This document shows positions 25,701 through 39,500 of a stretch of 64,000 nucleotides of DNA, one piece after another. The DNA comes from Haliotis rubra. Lineage: Eukaryota. Position numbers and translations under genes: made by a program. The stretch lies in contig NW_025765586.1 in NCBI RefSeq assembly GCF_003918875.1, positions 1 to 64,000 on the forward strand. The letters run 5' to 3'. The number at the start of each line of letters is the position of its first letter. Within the stretch, counting starts at the first letter, position 1. Below the pieces are notes generated by a model that was not told the DNA's origin, ran no database searches, and saw nothing but the letters and a program-made list of their open reading frames with translations.

Positions 25701-26983
25701 GGGTTTAAATGCCTTTATTAAAAAAAGCCAAAGTTTAAATCTCTCTTAACGTTGAACGTTATATAAATGCTTTTTATCCACTCAGTTAAACATGATTTTG
25801 TCACGCTTGTCACAGTGCCAACTAAACATCGAATTGCAAACAAATTCCATATAATAATATGGTCCATCACGTTGACATGGGCGGATGCGTCATGTCAGAT
25901 CTGGACATTGTGGTATTCGCCCATATGAACTACCTTGTACTCCCATTTTCAAAATAATTCAATTCTCCATATGTAGAGATTCTTTAGTTTTTGTTCAGTA
26001 TATTACTATGTGACTATTATAGAAATTTAATTTACGTGATGCACTAATAGATAAGTACGTTACTTCCATTTCTTAACATTATTTAATCGTAATTAATGAT
26101 ATGTACAACACTGTTGTTTTCCCCTATAAAACCTCAGCAACTAAAGCAAAACGTAGTGTCAACTACATATACTATATAATTCAACGTTTTGCGTTTGTAA
26201 CTCTTCTAAAAACATTTTCTGTATATAGTAATATATACAATCATCAGTTTGCATATATATTTCTACTTGAGTAAATCATATGTACACCTGCCATATGTAG
26301 GTATGGCCTTTTTCTGAATACAATGTCTGTCTGTCTACCCACCAAATTAGCAAAAAGGCACCCTGGTAAAGTCTCCTCAGAAAACGGCAACATACCACCC
26401 AAGATGGGGAACAAAAAAACAACCAAAGCAAAAATAGTAATGGGCTTAACACTGCAACTGTGGCATTTTGCTGACAGCAAACCTTTGCTAGCAATGGGTA
26501 CGAAAGATAGTTCTCTTTCAGCACAACAAACTGTCATGTCTGTTTTACAAAAGCAAGAAAGTCAGTAATAATGATATTCATTTAGCAGCAACATTAGTCA
26601 ATCTTCCAAAATAGGCTAGATGTCCAGTCTTGGCTAGATATCCAGGGTGATAATATGATCTCACACAACCGCTGGGTTTGATGTAATGTTACGAGCTTGA
26701 GGCAGGTGCTTCCCCCTTCATGAAGTATTGGACAGCTTCCAGAAATGTATCTGCAGGAACAGTCCTGCTGATGTAGAAGATTCCAGGCAACTCTTGACAC
26801 CCAAACCAGCTAAATATAGTGACATGCACACCAGTATCCTGTCCTGAACGGAAATATTGTGCTACCATTAACTGTATACTAGCTTGCCTCACAGAATGTG
26901 AATTTTCAGATCTAAATACGAATTAGCTTTAAGCTAACGCTGGAGTTCTTTCACGGATAAAAAGACTATAGTTACGGTGAGGA

Positions 26984-27023
26984 GTGTGCAGCTGATAAGA
27001 TAGCAACATTCTTTCCTATATAT
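26984..27023 (+). promoter_or_regulatory. Conserved proximal promoter of copy E
   Basis: TGTGCAGCTGATAAGATAGCAACATTCTTTCCTATATAT. Confidence 0.6.
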
Positions 27024-27083
27024 GTCAGAAAAGTGGCACTGATTGTCTGGTTTGGCAAAATATCTATTTTAAAGGCAGTAGAG

Positions 27084-30000
27084 ATGAAATGGCTGACACT
27101 TTTCGTGTGTATACTATCAAGCGTAAGATGTGATTACACCGTGTCCATTTATCCTGAAATTCTCAAGATTGGGTCAGTTACTCATTTCAGACACTCGCGA
27201 TGGAATGGTAAGAATGGACTGGACAGCCCCACAACTATTCCTTATGTGAAGAAAGTTGGCGCAACAGCAGCCAGATGGTTGAACAGAGATTTGAGAAATG
27301 GACTATTTGAACAGGTAAGACGTTATATTACTATAGTATTGATAATGTAGAATAAAATCAAACTTCCTCACCCACCCAAGACGTACAGGCTGACAAACTA
27401 ACCCTCCTAAATTATTCATGTCAGGCAGCTGAGAACGCCCTTAAAATGGCTCAATTACTCATTCACCCAATCCCACTTACTGACTCGTTCTAGACATACA
27501 AGAAGGATATCTAACCTTCTATCACGTTTCATGGCAGGCACCTGAGGACCTCCACAAGAAGGGCTATCCTGACCCGAAGTACTTCGAGGCGAATCAAAAT
27601 AAAATCAGCTACAATTACCTAAACGTTATGAATGGATACGGCGACCCTGAAATGGTCATGGAAGTAAAAGGTATTTCAATGGAGTGTGTCTCGGGATATC
27701 GATATAGAAGATAGAGATCGATAATCGTTAACTAACTTGATTATCGATAAATATCGGATAAGTTACTTTCAGCAAAGATGAAAAAAATATCAGAAAGAGT
27801 GAGTGAGTTTAGTTTTATGCCGCACTCAGCAATATTCCAGTTATATGGCGGTAGAAAGAAATGAATATATGTCAAACCTCTGGTGAATATGTGTCACACC
27901 TCTGGTTAATATGTCACACCTCTGGTGAATGTATGTCACACCTCTGGTGAATATGTCACACCTCTGGTGAATATGTCACACCTCTGGTGAATATATGTCA
28001 CACCTCTGGTGAATGGCGACATGTTTATGCTGGGTTACTAACGAGCAGCGTCCTGAACACAATTTAGAAACAGACCATGATTAAAAACCTAACTTTGTGT
28101 ATTGTGTGAGTAAACTAAAACTTTAAGGTTTATGTCCGATATCATCGATTACACTATCTTCATATCGATAGTCTTTGATAATTTTTCCCTGACGATATTT
28201 CCGATTATCGATATTTTAGCCAGCCCTATAGTGCCATGTGATTCTAATTTTCTGTAATCGGAAAAAACTAATCTAATGTGTATGGGTAGGTACTGTGAGT
28301 GGTGATGGATATATTTCCTACACTAGTACACCTATGAAGCTTTTCTTTGCCCCTGTGATGAGCCAGCATATTGCTAAACAGTCAATAAGCTGACGACTGG
28401 GAACATACCTAATTTTGAGATTTTGAAGAATGTAATTAGTTTGAAGAACTGAAAATTGATTTCACAAATAATTTTTCTTGCAAGGTCAGTGATTGGTCAA
28501 TGCGACAGTGACCACAAGCCATATACTGTAGTTCCCATGAAGAGTGTTCTTGTCCGCTGGCTTTGTGTTGTCGAGAAACCTACTTAGTTTATGATAAATC
28601 ATAATATGCCTTATATGTTTGACGTTGTTCATAGAAGGGGACACATGTTCGCTGTCTCAGATGTAACTGGGATAGCAAAGAACAACAGAATGTTACAGAA
28701 TCATGCCAAATATCAAACTTCCAGTTTCCACGCCCGTGAAGATGCAGCTTCCAATTTATTCTGTGGTAAACACACGAGGCCCTATTTTCCACCACTAGTG
28801 TGAAACGCCTTGAATATAGCTAGATGTGCCATATAAAGTGGTCAATACACATTCGTATGTATGTTTCTCTTCGGTTAGCCTTTTAAGCCCATCTTAAGAC
28901 TCCCAACGAAAATTACCGATCAAAATTCCTTTACATTGCATAAAATTATACGGGATCTAAGAGCGGTTCAAACAGGTGTTGATGGACGATAAACGGTCCT
29001 AATTTTCAAATAACGACCAAGGTTATTTATTCAATTATATTGAATGACTGTTTCGAAATGTCAATTCCCATTCTTGTCAAGAAAGCTTAAAACTACATTT
29101 AAGAGTGACCTAGCTTTTACGAAAGTCTGAATGCACAGTCATATGTCCATAAGACTCTGTTAATTGAAAAAACATTAAGAACGGTAGAGCGTTGAGTTTT
29201 GATTCTCAATAGTTTCAGCAATTACAATCCATGTTTCTAATCTGTGTATACAGTATTAAATATATTGCTTGTTGACGAATAAGCTGCAATATTTTCATAG
29301 TTTAATCAGTTGTTAAAAAGGGAGTTAAACCCAACTCTCTCGAATTCACAGGCCTGTTGTTTTATATTCAGGGTTGAACTGGCCTCACTGGATGGACACC
29401 TCTGCCCACCACGGATTCTTCCCCAACAACATCGATGCTGCTGCTGAGTTCGTCTTTCTGCTGGTCGACACAGTCAACAAAGGAACCAAAGGACGAGCAC
29501 CTACATTCTTCGAAATCATCAATGAACCCGACGCTCAATGGCAGAACACAAACTGGACTTCCTTCATCAAATTTCATCAGGCTGTTGCTCAGAAAATTAA
29601 GGCCAAATATCCCCATATGAGTGTTGGTGGTCCAACGTTAACTGGAGCTTCCCTTCTGTTTGACCGTTATGACTTTAGGAATTGGAAACGATATGCAGAC
29701 TTTTTAGATATGGGTCTCCACCATTTAGATTTTTTCTCATTTCATTCCTATGCAAGTTTGGTCGTAAATGGAGAGTCGCACCATTTCCATGGGAGCTCCG
29801 AAGCTAAGCTCTTTGGACTTATTGACCTGGTCGAGAGCTACTCTCACAAGAAGAAAAATAAATTCTTAGATATCATTGTCAGTGAATTTGGTCTTGGTCC
29901 AGTATCAGGACTTAATGTACAGAAACCATCCACCTTTCTTGACTGGGCATATATTTATCAACACAATGCCCAGATATTCACCTTTCTACAACGTCGGGAT

Positions 30001-30835
30001 GTCATGAGAAAAGCTGGTAGCTTTCTTGCTCACATATACTGAACTTAAAGGGCAAGCAAGCATCAACTACAGCATCCTAGACAAGACCCACAAGGAGAGG
30101 GATATTGCTCAAGCTTTCAGGTTCTGGAAGAACTTCTATGACACAATGACATACTTGCGAGTAGACAGTCAGTTCCATAACTCCGAGAGAAAGATTGTAC
30201 CTCACGTTTTAGTTGATCAACGGAACGGCAGCCTCACCATTCTTCTACATAACAACGACCAAAAGCCAAGTCATGTAAAGCTCTCTTTCGACAAGGGTTG
30301 GTTCCATCCGACAAGTGGAAAGTCCACCTGTGAATATCTGAATGCACAGAAGAAAGCAACTCTAGCTACAAACCAGCCAGTTCACGTCTCCAACTCTATG
30401 GTAACCGTTCCTGCTGAAGCGAGTTGTTACTTCCAGTTCCACACAACCCACAACTTTGCCCATGCTCCTACTGTGACCCAGAACACCTACTACTCCACCG
30501 ACATTGTTGTCCCAATTCACAACACCGTCGTCGATGTTAAAGTAAACGTCCCGAACATTGGCAACCTTGACTTTGTTCGTCTGAGGGTAAGTGTCAGTTT
30601 CAGCATGAAGTCTCCCCATCAGAAACTAAAGACGGTGATTGTGAACGGTCACTCCTTGGCGTCCTTCTACGGTCTACAGACCCACAATGGCCCGGATGAG
30701 GCTACTGTGTGGGAGGTCTTTGAGTACAACGTTCCCAACAACCTGCTACACCAACACAACAATGACGTCAAACTGAGCTTCGCTGAGTCTGGAGGTTATG
30801 TATCAACTGTGGCAGTGATCGTTGGAAGTCACTGA
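27084..30835 (+). CDS. GH86-like beta-porphyranase/agarase copy E (exons 27084-27314, 27538-27670, 29372-30835; single +1 at ~30015)
   Basis: Exons of 231, 133 and 1464 bp with canonical splice sites; EIINEP and VSEFG motifs; ORFs 29374-30042 and 30026-30835 join after removing one base; AATAAA at 30866. Confidence 0.85.
27862..28014. repeat. Minisatellite, ~20-22-bp unit GAATATGTCACACCTCTGGT, ~7 copies, in intron 2 of copy E
   Basis: Direct tandem repeats visible in the sequence. Confidence 0.9.
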
Positions 30836-32848
30836 CGGTTATTCATGTAAGGAATCCCACTGATTGAATAAATCTTAATATTATAAAAACTGAATATTTG
30901 TACTAACTTTTTCACACCATGAAATACATATTATATGTAGCAAGTACATCTAGATACATGTACGACATTGGTTATGAGTGTTGAAGGTGTTGAATGTATA
31001 CACTATGAATGGCACGTACCTGAAAAACTGATATTGATATTAATGCCAGTGCCAAGACTTGTTCTAAATCATTAAAAAAAACCAATTCACCCAAAGTGAG
31101 TGCAAAAATACTCAGATACATAGGGAGTGGTCATGCAGTCTTGATCTCTTTGATGGTCACATGCAACGCAAAACACAATTTTGCAGATTCTGATACCTTT
31201 CGGTATGGACTTGGACTTTCGATATGATGAAACCCCCCCCCGCGAAATCGGATGTTCAAACGATTCACTAAATTCACCCCACCTGGGGTGAAAAGTGGTT
31301 TCAACGGCTGTTCTGCGCTGCGCTTATAGTGCATGCGCAGTGAATAGGTTCGCGCAGCTTAAAGCGGGATGCCCGAATTGTAAAGTCGTGAGCAGCAGTA
31401 GTCTAATCTTAGTTGTGTACACAAACAACAAATAGTAAACAATCTACTTGTTACATAAAAGAACCTTGTTAAGGATCTAGATCTACTCAGTTATGTGTCA
31501 ACCAGTGAGTTGTTCGACATTTCAAGACGGAAGACCTTCACTGTCGGTGAGTACTCAGAGAAGGCTTTGATGTGAGCTATTTTTCGAATGTATTGTTGTT
31601 ATTTCACAGGCGCGAGCTTTTTATATGTTATGACAATAGATTACCGATTTAACTGTGTATATAATTTCATTTGACTATTTCACCACACGTTCTTCTTACC
31701 GAGTCACTTTCGATACTTAAAAGCACGTCAATATTTAGCATTGTCAGAATTTCTAACTGTGATATAGATATGCCTCTGTCACAGACAAAACTCAATGTCT
31801 GTTTTATTGACACCTGTGTGTCTGCCTGCCTGTCTGCTAATGATAATATACAATATACAACTTCCATCACTAACCACAGGCAATTTGAACTAAACACCTA
31901 TCAGGCTTTTCACCATAAAAAAAACGCATTGATTTATGGCTCGTGCACCCGAGTTCTGTCTCTGTCGCATTATGTAATTACACAGACAGGCAAGTGTGAT
32001 AATTGTACACATGACATCTTATGATGTTTGTTGATTGCAAAATGTTATACACAAAAATAAGCATGTATTTACAAAACCCAACATTTTTATACACACACAA
32101 AGAGCCCTGAGTGTATCGGCAAAGGAACCAGCCAATGAAAGACTTCATTACACTTAAGTGCACGCCCACCCGCTCTGACTGGATTCGGTATCCTGGGTGC
32201 TTCGTTTCGAGTGAAGTAAACCCTAGTACCAAATATTGCACTTTTGATTTGCGATTGTACGCTTATAATTTTGTTTATTTTTTTTTTTTCATAATCAGCA
32301 ATGTATTTTATATGTCATGAATAAATGATAATTGTGTTTTAACTATGTTTATGTTTTTGGTTGCATCTAAGCTTTAAGTGAATGAGTCTTATTCATTTAC
32401 CTCTTTGATGAAGTCCACAGGCTTGAACATGCATATTACAGCCAAGGAGAACAAGATATCAATATGTAGATCCCGCATTGGAACTTTTCTTAAATATTTC
32501 GTCCTGACATAGTTTTTTATATGTTTGGCACCGAATAAGGGATTCCACATCTGAAGTTCCCCCTAGCAAAATATGGTGGTCGTAAGAGGCCAAATCTGTT
32601 GGGTACTCAGGCTCTGTGGCACTGTTTATGGTGTGTCAACATACAATGCTCATAATATGATTCAGTGGATTGCCTTGTCCACCCTTTCTTAACAGACCGT
32701 CATTAAAAAGGTGGAATACACCATGCACACAAGCATGACATGTTCACCGTTGGAATGACAATAAGTCATGCACATGGGCATGGAATGTTCTAAATATCCT
32801 TCGTTTACTGTTTAATACCTTATGTACCTATGTTCTTGTGTATCGTAA

Positions 32849-33016
32849 GGGGCGGAGGGTAGCCTAGTGGTTAAAGCGTTTGCTTAGACCCGAAGACCCG
32901 GGTTCGATTCCCTACATGGGTACAATGTGTGTGACGCCATTTCTGGTGTCCCCGCCGTGATATTGTTGGAATATTGCTGAAAGCGGTGTAAAACCATACT
33001 CACTCACTCACTCACT
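32849..33016 (+). mobile_element. tRNA-derived SINE (family A), duplicate of 3216-3388
   Basis: A/B boxes, (CACT)n tail. Confidence 0.9.
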
Positions 33017-33104
33017 TTATCGTAACGTTCTTGAATGCAGCAGTCAGAAGAACAACAACCATATTACACTAGCTCTTATTTGAGATGCATAAGTTTTATT
33101 TCCA

Positions 33105-33248
33105 ATTTGTTTGACCGTTATTACTTTAGAAATTGGAAACGGTGTGCAGAACCTTTTGGACATAGTTCTAACCATTTAGATATTTAGACTTACATCCTAC
33201 ACAAGTATGGATGCAAGTGGAGGCTCACACCATTTCCATGGCAGTTCT
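33105..33248 (+). pseudogene. Degenerate fragment of GH86-like exon 3 (duplicate of 3475-3620)
   Basis: Same sequence within the duplicated block. Confidence 0.75.
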
Positions 33249-33559
33249 TATGTATTATAGCGTTCTTAAATGCTGCAGTCAGAAAACTACAACAATTTTA
33301 CACCAGCTCTTATTTGTGGTACACAGTTTATATTTCTTAGTCTGATAGGTTTGGTGTTTGTACACTAAACTGAATTAATGGCAGTTAGCCAAAGTCATGA
33401 TGTTTGAACCTGGTAAAGTAAATGCAGAATAATACATCTACAAAATCATACAAGAGGAATCTATGTTTTCAAATTCAAGTGCAGTCATTATAGGCATAAG
33501 GGCTTGGTTGTGTCTTTTACCAACTAATATGATAAGAATTGTTACACATTTGAAATTTT

Positions 33560-35580
33560 CCACACTGCGCATGTCAGCTTGGCACAAGAATCTCTCCAAG
33601 AAGTTACCGATGCCCTTATGAGTGATGTACTGTGATGCCTGCCTGTTTTGTCCCTGATGAGACGTTGGAAGGTGGCTGGATCCTGTTTGAGAAAGAAAGA
33701 CAGAACTGGAGTCAGAAAGGTTGAAATGAACTTTGCAGGCTAGGTCAGTGGAATCTGCCACCACCTAAGCAATGGGTCATACATGCTGACGTAACTGGCA
33801 TTCTTTCCATGCAGGAGTAGATAATCAGAAATTTCATACGTATATCCAAGATTTTAACTACTGGTTTATCTTTGGCGTCAGGAAGATGCTGAGAATGATG
33901 CAGCTGATGATCCATCCTCAGTTAAACTGGAGATTGCAAGTCCTTATGGGCAAGGAAAACGTAACACCAAGTTGAATTGACGTTCCAGAGGTGATGACAG
34001 CGATTTACAAACTCATGGACAAGGAAGCTGTCATCGAACTAAACCCAGCAGATCCAGGACTCTGGTTCTTCTCTCTGGTACAACAGAGATCCACTTGAAG
34101 ATCCTCAACCAGGACTACCTGAGACGACCACCAAAGTTTCGGATGAAGTCTATGTGGGACCTGAGACAGTCGATCTCCATACAGGACCACATGGTCTCCA
34201 TAGATCTGCAGGATGCTTAGGTATGCATATAACACAGACTCTCAGAAATATCTACGCATTGCTGTTAAGGGAAGACTGTTCCATTTCTTGGTCTTACCAG
34301 TTAGAATAGCCATAATTCCGTGGCTCTTTACGATGATAACAGACCCATTAACCTGTGCTGTGCCGTCTCCATCCTTTCTCGCACACCTGGATGTCCCTTT
34401 CTTTGCACTCCTCCCTCGTAACAGATAGAGAACTGTGTCAATATTTTAATGATAGTTTTTAAAAAATTTTTTAGGACATAAATTCTGCAAACAAATCACA
34501 GAGTTGGTCTGATGTTTTGGTTATGATCAGCGTTTCATTGAGTATTATATGTTATTAGTTTTCGAGTTAGATTGCAATTCATCGGTCCGCTTTTGAGCCA
34601 AACGGACTATACACGTGTGAGAACTATCCAATGATATCTAAATGTCAGACGGATTTTCAAAAGGGGTTTCCTTAGCCGTTTCTCAATCACTTAGACCTTT
34701 GACATCTGGTCTCTATGACTACAAGTGTCGTCGATTCCAGCAGTTGGGAATCAGATGAGATCATGATTGCAGAATTTCTAATACATCTTAGAAACGACTT
34801 ACATCTTCTGCATGGACCTTTTGAAGGTTATCGCTTGGCTCTTGCATCAGTCCCACTATTTGGAAAGACCCTATACTTACCAGCATGTTAAGCTCTTTTG
34901 AACTGGATGATATCCCCAAAACAGCGAATACATATGAAATGTAATGTAGTACTTTAGTATCATCCGTGCGAACCACTGAACAAAGGAACACTGTCTCATT
35001 TTGCTTGGAAGACTGTAGTCCTTATGGTCCTGGCAATAGCTTCAAAGGTGTCAGAGCTGTATGCACGGGATGCCAGGGCCATCACATTCCCTATGAATGC
35101 CCCTAGACGTCACGATCAGAGGATTACCTGAGTTCCTGACTAAGAATCAGAAGTATGCCCGTGAGAACGAGTGTCCATTATCCATTCTCTAGCTCCTATG
35201 CCAGACAGGGGTTAACGGCACAAGGGGTATAACCTCTTTTGCCGACAGTTGAGTCTAACACCTCAAATGGTAGACTACGACTAAAATGCGAAGAGAGTCA
35301 TATCCAATCAGAAATAACACTTGTTCCTCCTTGGAATGGACGAGATACGGACCGGGAGTGATGTCATCGTGACGTCATCCGAACTCACTGTGTCATCATC
35401 TGATTGATCATTAACCAAGAATTGCATCATAGTCCACCAAGTCATTAAGTACAGCTGCATGAGACTTGAGAGTTGTCAAAACAAGCAAACGCCAGTCTAT
35501 TTGTCTTATCAAATTTGATTTGTAAGATATATGCTTGTCTTCCTAGTCTAGTCCGGGAAACTCGGCTGTGGGATTCGACT
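33560..35580 (+). mobile_element. Degenerate DIRS1-like retrotransposon relic (RT + tyrosine recombinase fragments)
   Basis: RT: FRMKSMWDLRQ..MVSIDLQDA, KYLRIAVKGRLFHFLVLPVRIAIIPWLFT. YR at 34755-35250: HPCEPL, TVVLMVLAIASKVSELYA, PEFLTKNQ. Confidence 0.68.
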
Positions 35581-36394
35581 AATCAAGGATGGGCAGGCCT
35601 TTAAATCAAGTGTCAGAGGGAAGTATTATCAACAGTGATAATAGGTTTTAGAATACTACCTCTAACACTTGATTTAAAACCTACCCTTCACCGGATTCCC
35701 AGAGTACATTTCACTAAATGTCCATTAGGAAAATTAATGAAGTGTCCCGTGCTTACCGGGGGAGTCAACTCCTTCGGATAGCGCATGGGAAGACAATGTG
35801 GACGTAAGAAAACACAACTCAATGGATTTTGATTAATTTTATTCAGTTAAACCTGAGGATCAGAAACAAGTTTCTTGAAAAGGTATTCTAATCATTGTTG
35901 ATAATACTTCAAAATTAATTTCCCCGGCCGCATCATACCAAAAGACGTTAAAATATGGTACTTGTTGGTCCCTGCCTGGCACTCGGCATTAATGGGTACA
36001 ACAAGGACTGAAGATCAGCTCGAGTCAGTATAATGTGTCTGAGTGGGGTATTCATGCTTCACTGCGGCATGGTATCTCAGTGGGCTAGCACTATAAAACC
36101 AGCTTAAGTCTGGGCTAGTACAAGCAGCCGCACATACATATACACACGCATGCACGTCGTCATATGAGCGAAATATTCTCAAGCACCGACGTTAAACCTA
36201 ATTTCACCTCACCTCACCTCACCTCAAAATTACTAGTATTCCTCTGGGGTCCTAGTTGTACAATAAAAAGCTGATATAATCTCATTAAACTAGTATTTCT
36301 CATAAAATATATCTTTTTAGATTCAAATAGAACCAGCTTTTAATCTCACTCGGGTATATTTTAAGGTTTCAAAGTCTATATTTACAGTGGAATT

Positions 36395-36446
36395 GGGATT
36401 GTGCAACCGATAAGATAGCAACATTCTTTCCTATATATGTATATAA
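36395..36446 (+). promoter_or_regulatory. Conserved proximal promoter of copy F
   Basis: GATAAGATAG at 36409-36418, TATATAA at 36440-36446. Confidence 0.65.
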
Positions 36447-36517
36447 GATACAGCCTTGTTAGCTGATTGTCACTGATTCTCTTGTTTGTTGATATATCTA
36501 TCGTGATAGCAGCAGAG

Positions 36518-39500
36518 ATGAAATATCTTACACTTTTCGTGTGTATTCTATCAACCGCAAGGTGTGATTACACCGTGTCCATTTATCCTGAAATTCTCAA
36601 GATTGGGGCCGTTACTCATTTCAACCACGGGCGATGGAATGGTAAGAATGGACTGGACAGCTCAACAACTATTCCTCTTGTCAAGGGAGTTGGCGCAACC
36701 GCAGCCAGATGGTTGAACAGAGATTTGGGAAATGGGTTATTTGAAGGTAAGACACATTATATTGTTTCTGAAACTTTAATGAGAATTGTTAATTGTCTTC
36801 CCTTAAAATGAGTGTCTTCCCTTGGAAGTTTAGTGCCATACGACCCATGAGGTGCGATTTTTGTTACCATTTTCATTTAAACAGCTGAATTGAAGATGAT
36901 GTTACCACGGAGTGAATAATAATATCCATGGACATCATACAGCGTGACTGGCTTGATATGGGAGGAATGTTTTATTTGGTGCTTTACAGATCTTTGATGA
37001 TACCCATGATCAGGTTATGTTGTTCACATGTCCAGAAACCCGAAAGAATGTTTTAGACGAACAGGTTATGTTGTTCACATGGATTGTTACCATAGGTTTC
37101 TGGCGTGCTCAACGGACGTAGGGCGGTGGGGTAGCCCCGTGGTTAAAGCGTTGGCTCGTCACGCCGAAGACCCGGGTTCGATTCCCCACATGGGCACAAT
37201 GTGTTAAGCCCATTTCTGGTGTCCCCCGCCGTGATATTGCTGGAATATTGCTAAAAGCGGCGTTAAACTAAACTCAGTCAGTCAGTCAGTCAAGGGACGT
37301 ATTTCTGCATTTTGAATTGCTGTGTCAGGGTCAGCGTCACTCCTGCACCCTTTCATTTAATGGCTTATCCCAAAGTTCATTAGATTACCAAACTTATTGT
37401 CTCATTTCAGACACACATAATGACTATCTAACCTTCTATCACGTTTCATGACAGGCACCTGAGGACCCCCACAAGAAGGGCTATCCTGACCCGAAGTACT
37501 TCGAGGCGAATCAAAATAAAATCAGCAGCAATTACTTAAACGTTATGAATGGATACGGAAACCCAGAAATGGTCATGGAAATAAAAGGTATTTCAACATT
37601 AACACCCAAATGAATAAATGGGTGGAGGAATGTCTCTTGAGATAATATACCCCTGCCATACTATAGTTTGGCATGAAATGCATGTGGACCCGTTTTTTTG
37701 TAAATATCTCTTCATCCAATGACCCAATCGATCTCAAACTGTGCAAGTGGATGTTTTGTCAGACAACCTAATCACATTGTAAATCGCCGATTTTATGCAT
37801 TTGTATTAAAGAATCTGTCTATGTAACTGTCAACAAAATAAACAGCAGACCGCAGACTGCTTGCAGAGGTAGGGAGCCAATGACCTGTAACAGCGGCAGT
37901 GTTGGGTCATAAAGGTAAAGGCATTTCATGCCAAACTATAATCTTCTGTAGTCGGAAATATGTATATGTTGATTTGTATGCTCTGTACGTGAGAAATGCC
38001 AACACTGTTGATTTGCATTGTCCTGGCACCACTCATGCTGACATAGTGCCGGATTTTGCTGTCTGTGTAGGCCTCTTTAAATATACCGATGTGAGTTGGT
38101 GTTTCCGGATAGGTCTTCGGACGACAGAATGGCAGTAACCAGAACCAAGCTGACATCTATGTCAACGAATGTGTTCACTTGTGTATGGATGAAACAGATG
38201 GCATGTTCTAGCACTACCGGTATTACCGGTTTACCGGTATACCGTAATACGCTTTTCAGAAGATATGTATTGCAATATTTTTTTCAGAACCATAACATAT
38301 ATTTTTTTAGGGACTTATCATGTACAGTCTAAGTAAACTTAGATTCAGTATTATTTGTTACACTGCTATACTGAGTCTAACAAAACCTTGTGGAAGGTCG
38401 CGTCAGGTAACCTTTGATGGACCTATGACCGTCCAATCAAAAGCGAGACGGCCGAACGGATTTAACCAGTCAGCCAACGGCTACTATTTAGGGTTCGGCG
38501 AGACTTACAAAATGGATTTTCCCGTCCCCGGTCGCCAACACTGATCTCCCAACAAACGAAAATCCGCATAAAACACATATATTTGACCTGCAGTATATGC
38601 GCTTTGGGGTTCCTGTTGACATGGTTATCATAAGCTAATATTTCCTCAAGTTGACATGCTTGAATACTGACAAATGCTATTTTCAGCGAATGTTTACCTA
38701 CTGCTGTGGCGTGCATCACTACGAACCGATCGTACGGAAAATAGCATTCGGAATCGTTCGGGTACAAACTTTTCGAGGTAAAAGGTTCAAAGTTCGCGAT
38801 TTGGTAAGCTGTGTTCTGATTGGTCAATTGGAAAGGTTACCTGACGCGACCTTCTACTAGGTTCTGTGAGACTCAGTATAGCAGTGTAACGAATAATACT
38901 GAGTCTAAGTTTACTTCGGGTAAGTTTACTTAGACTGTTATAATGTAGAAAATAGGATAGGCATGTACAATTAGTGTCACTTACTGTCTAACACTTAATT
39001 TCGAATAAGTCGCAATACGTATCGCAATACGGGTACCTGAATCTATTTGCCAATACACAGACCTATCATATCAAAGGTTTTATACACTTGAACGACCAGG
39101 CAGAGATGCCGCTTTTCACGATGTGACTGGACAGTATGCTTCACAAGCGTGTGCTGCGTTTTGGCAAACCCTTTCAAACTGAAACCTTGTTTTCATTGCC
39201 TGAAGTGTGCTACTAAACAGTGGCATCATCGACATATTATCATCGTCGATAGGTACATCACTATGATGAAATACATTAGGGGTTGCTTAATTAAGTTCCA
39301 TGTGTATATAACGAGCGGTTGTGTACTTTTTAATCTACGTATTCTCAGCAATTCTATAACCCTTTTCTCATCTGTTATTACGGTGATACTGCTGGATGTT
39401 GAGTATTGAATGTATTGCCTGTTGAAATATGACAATTTAATCAACTGTTGAAAGTGGAGTTAGACCCTGCTCACTCTAATTCATAGGTTTGATAATACAT

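Noticed and set aside
23929-26900. Short ORFs at 23929-24198 and 26244-26892
   Set aside because: No recognisable domain or splice structure; may be decayed transposon sequence.
29990-30045. Programmed frameshifting between the overlapping ORFs of copies C and E
   Set aside because: The shifts occur at different positions in each copy and copy G is continuous.
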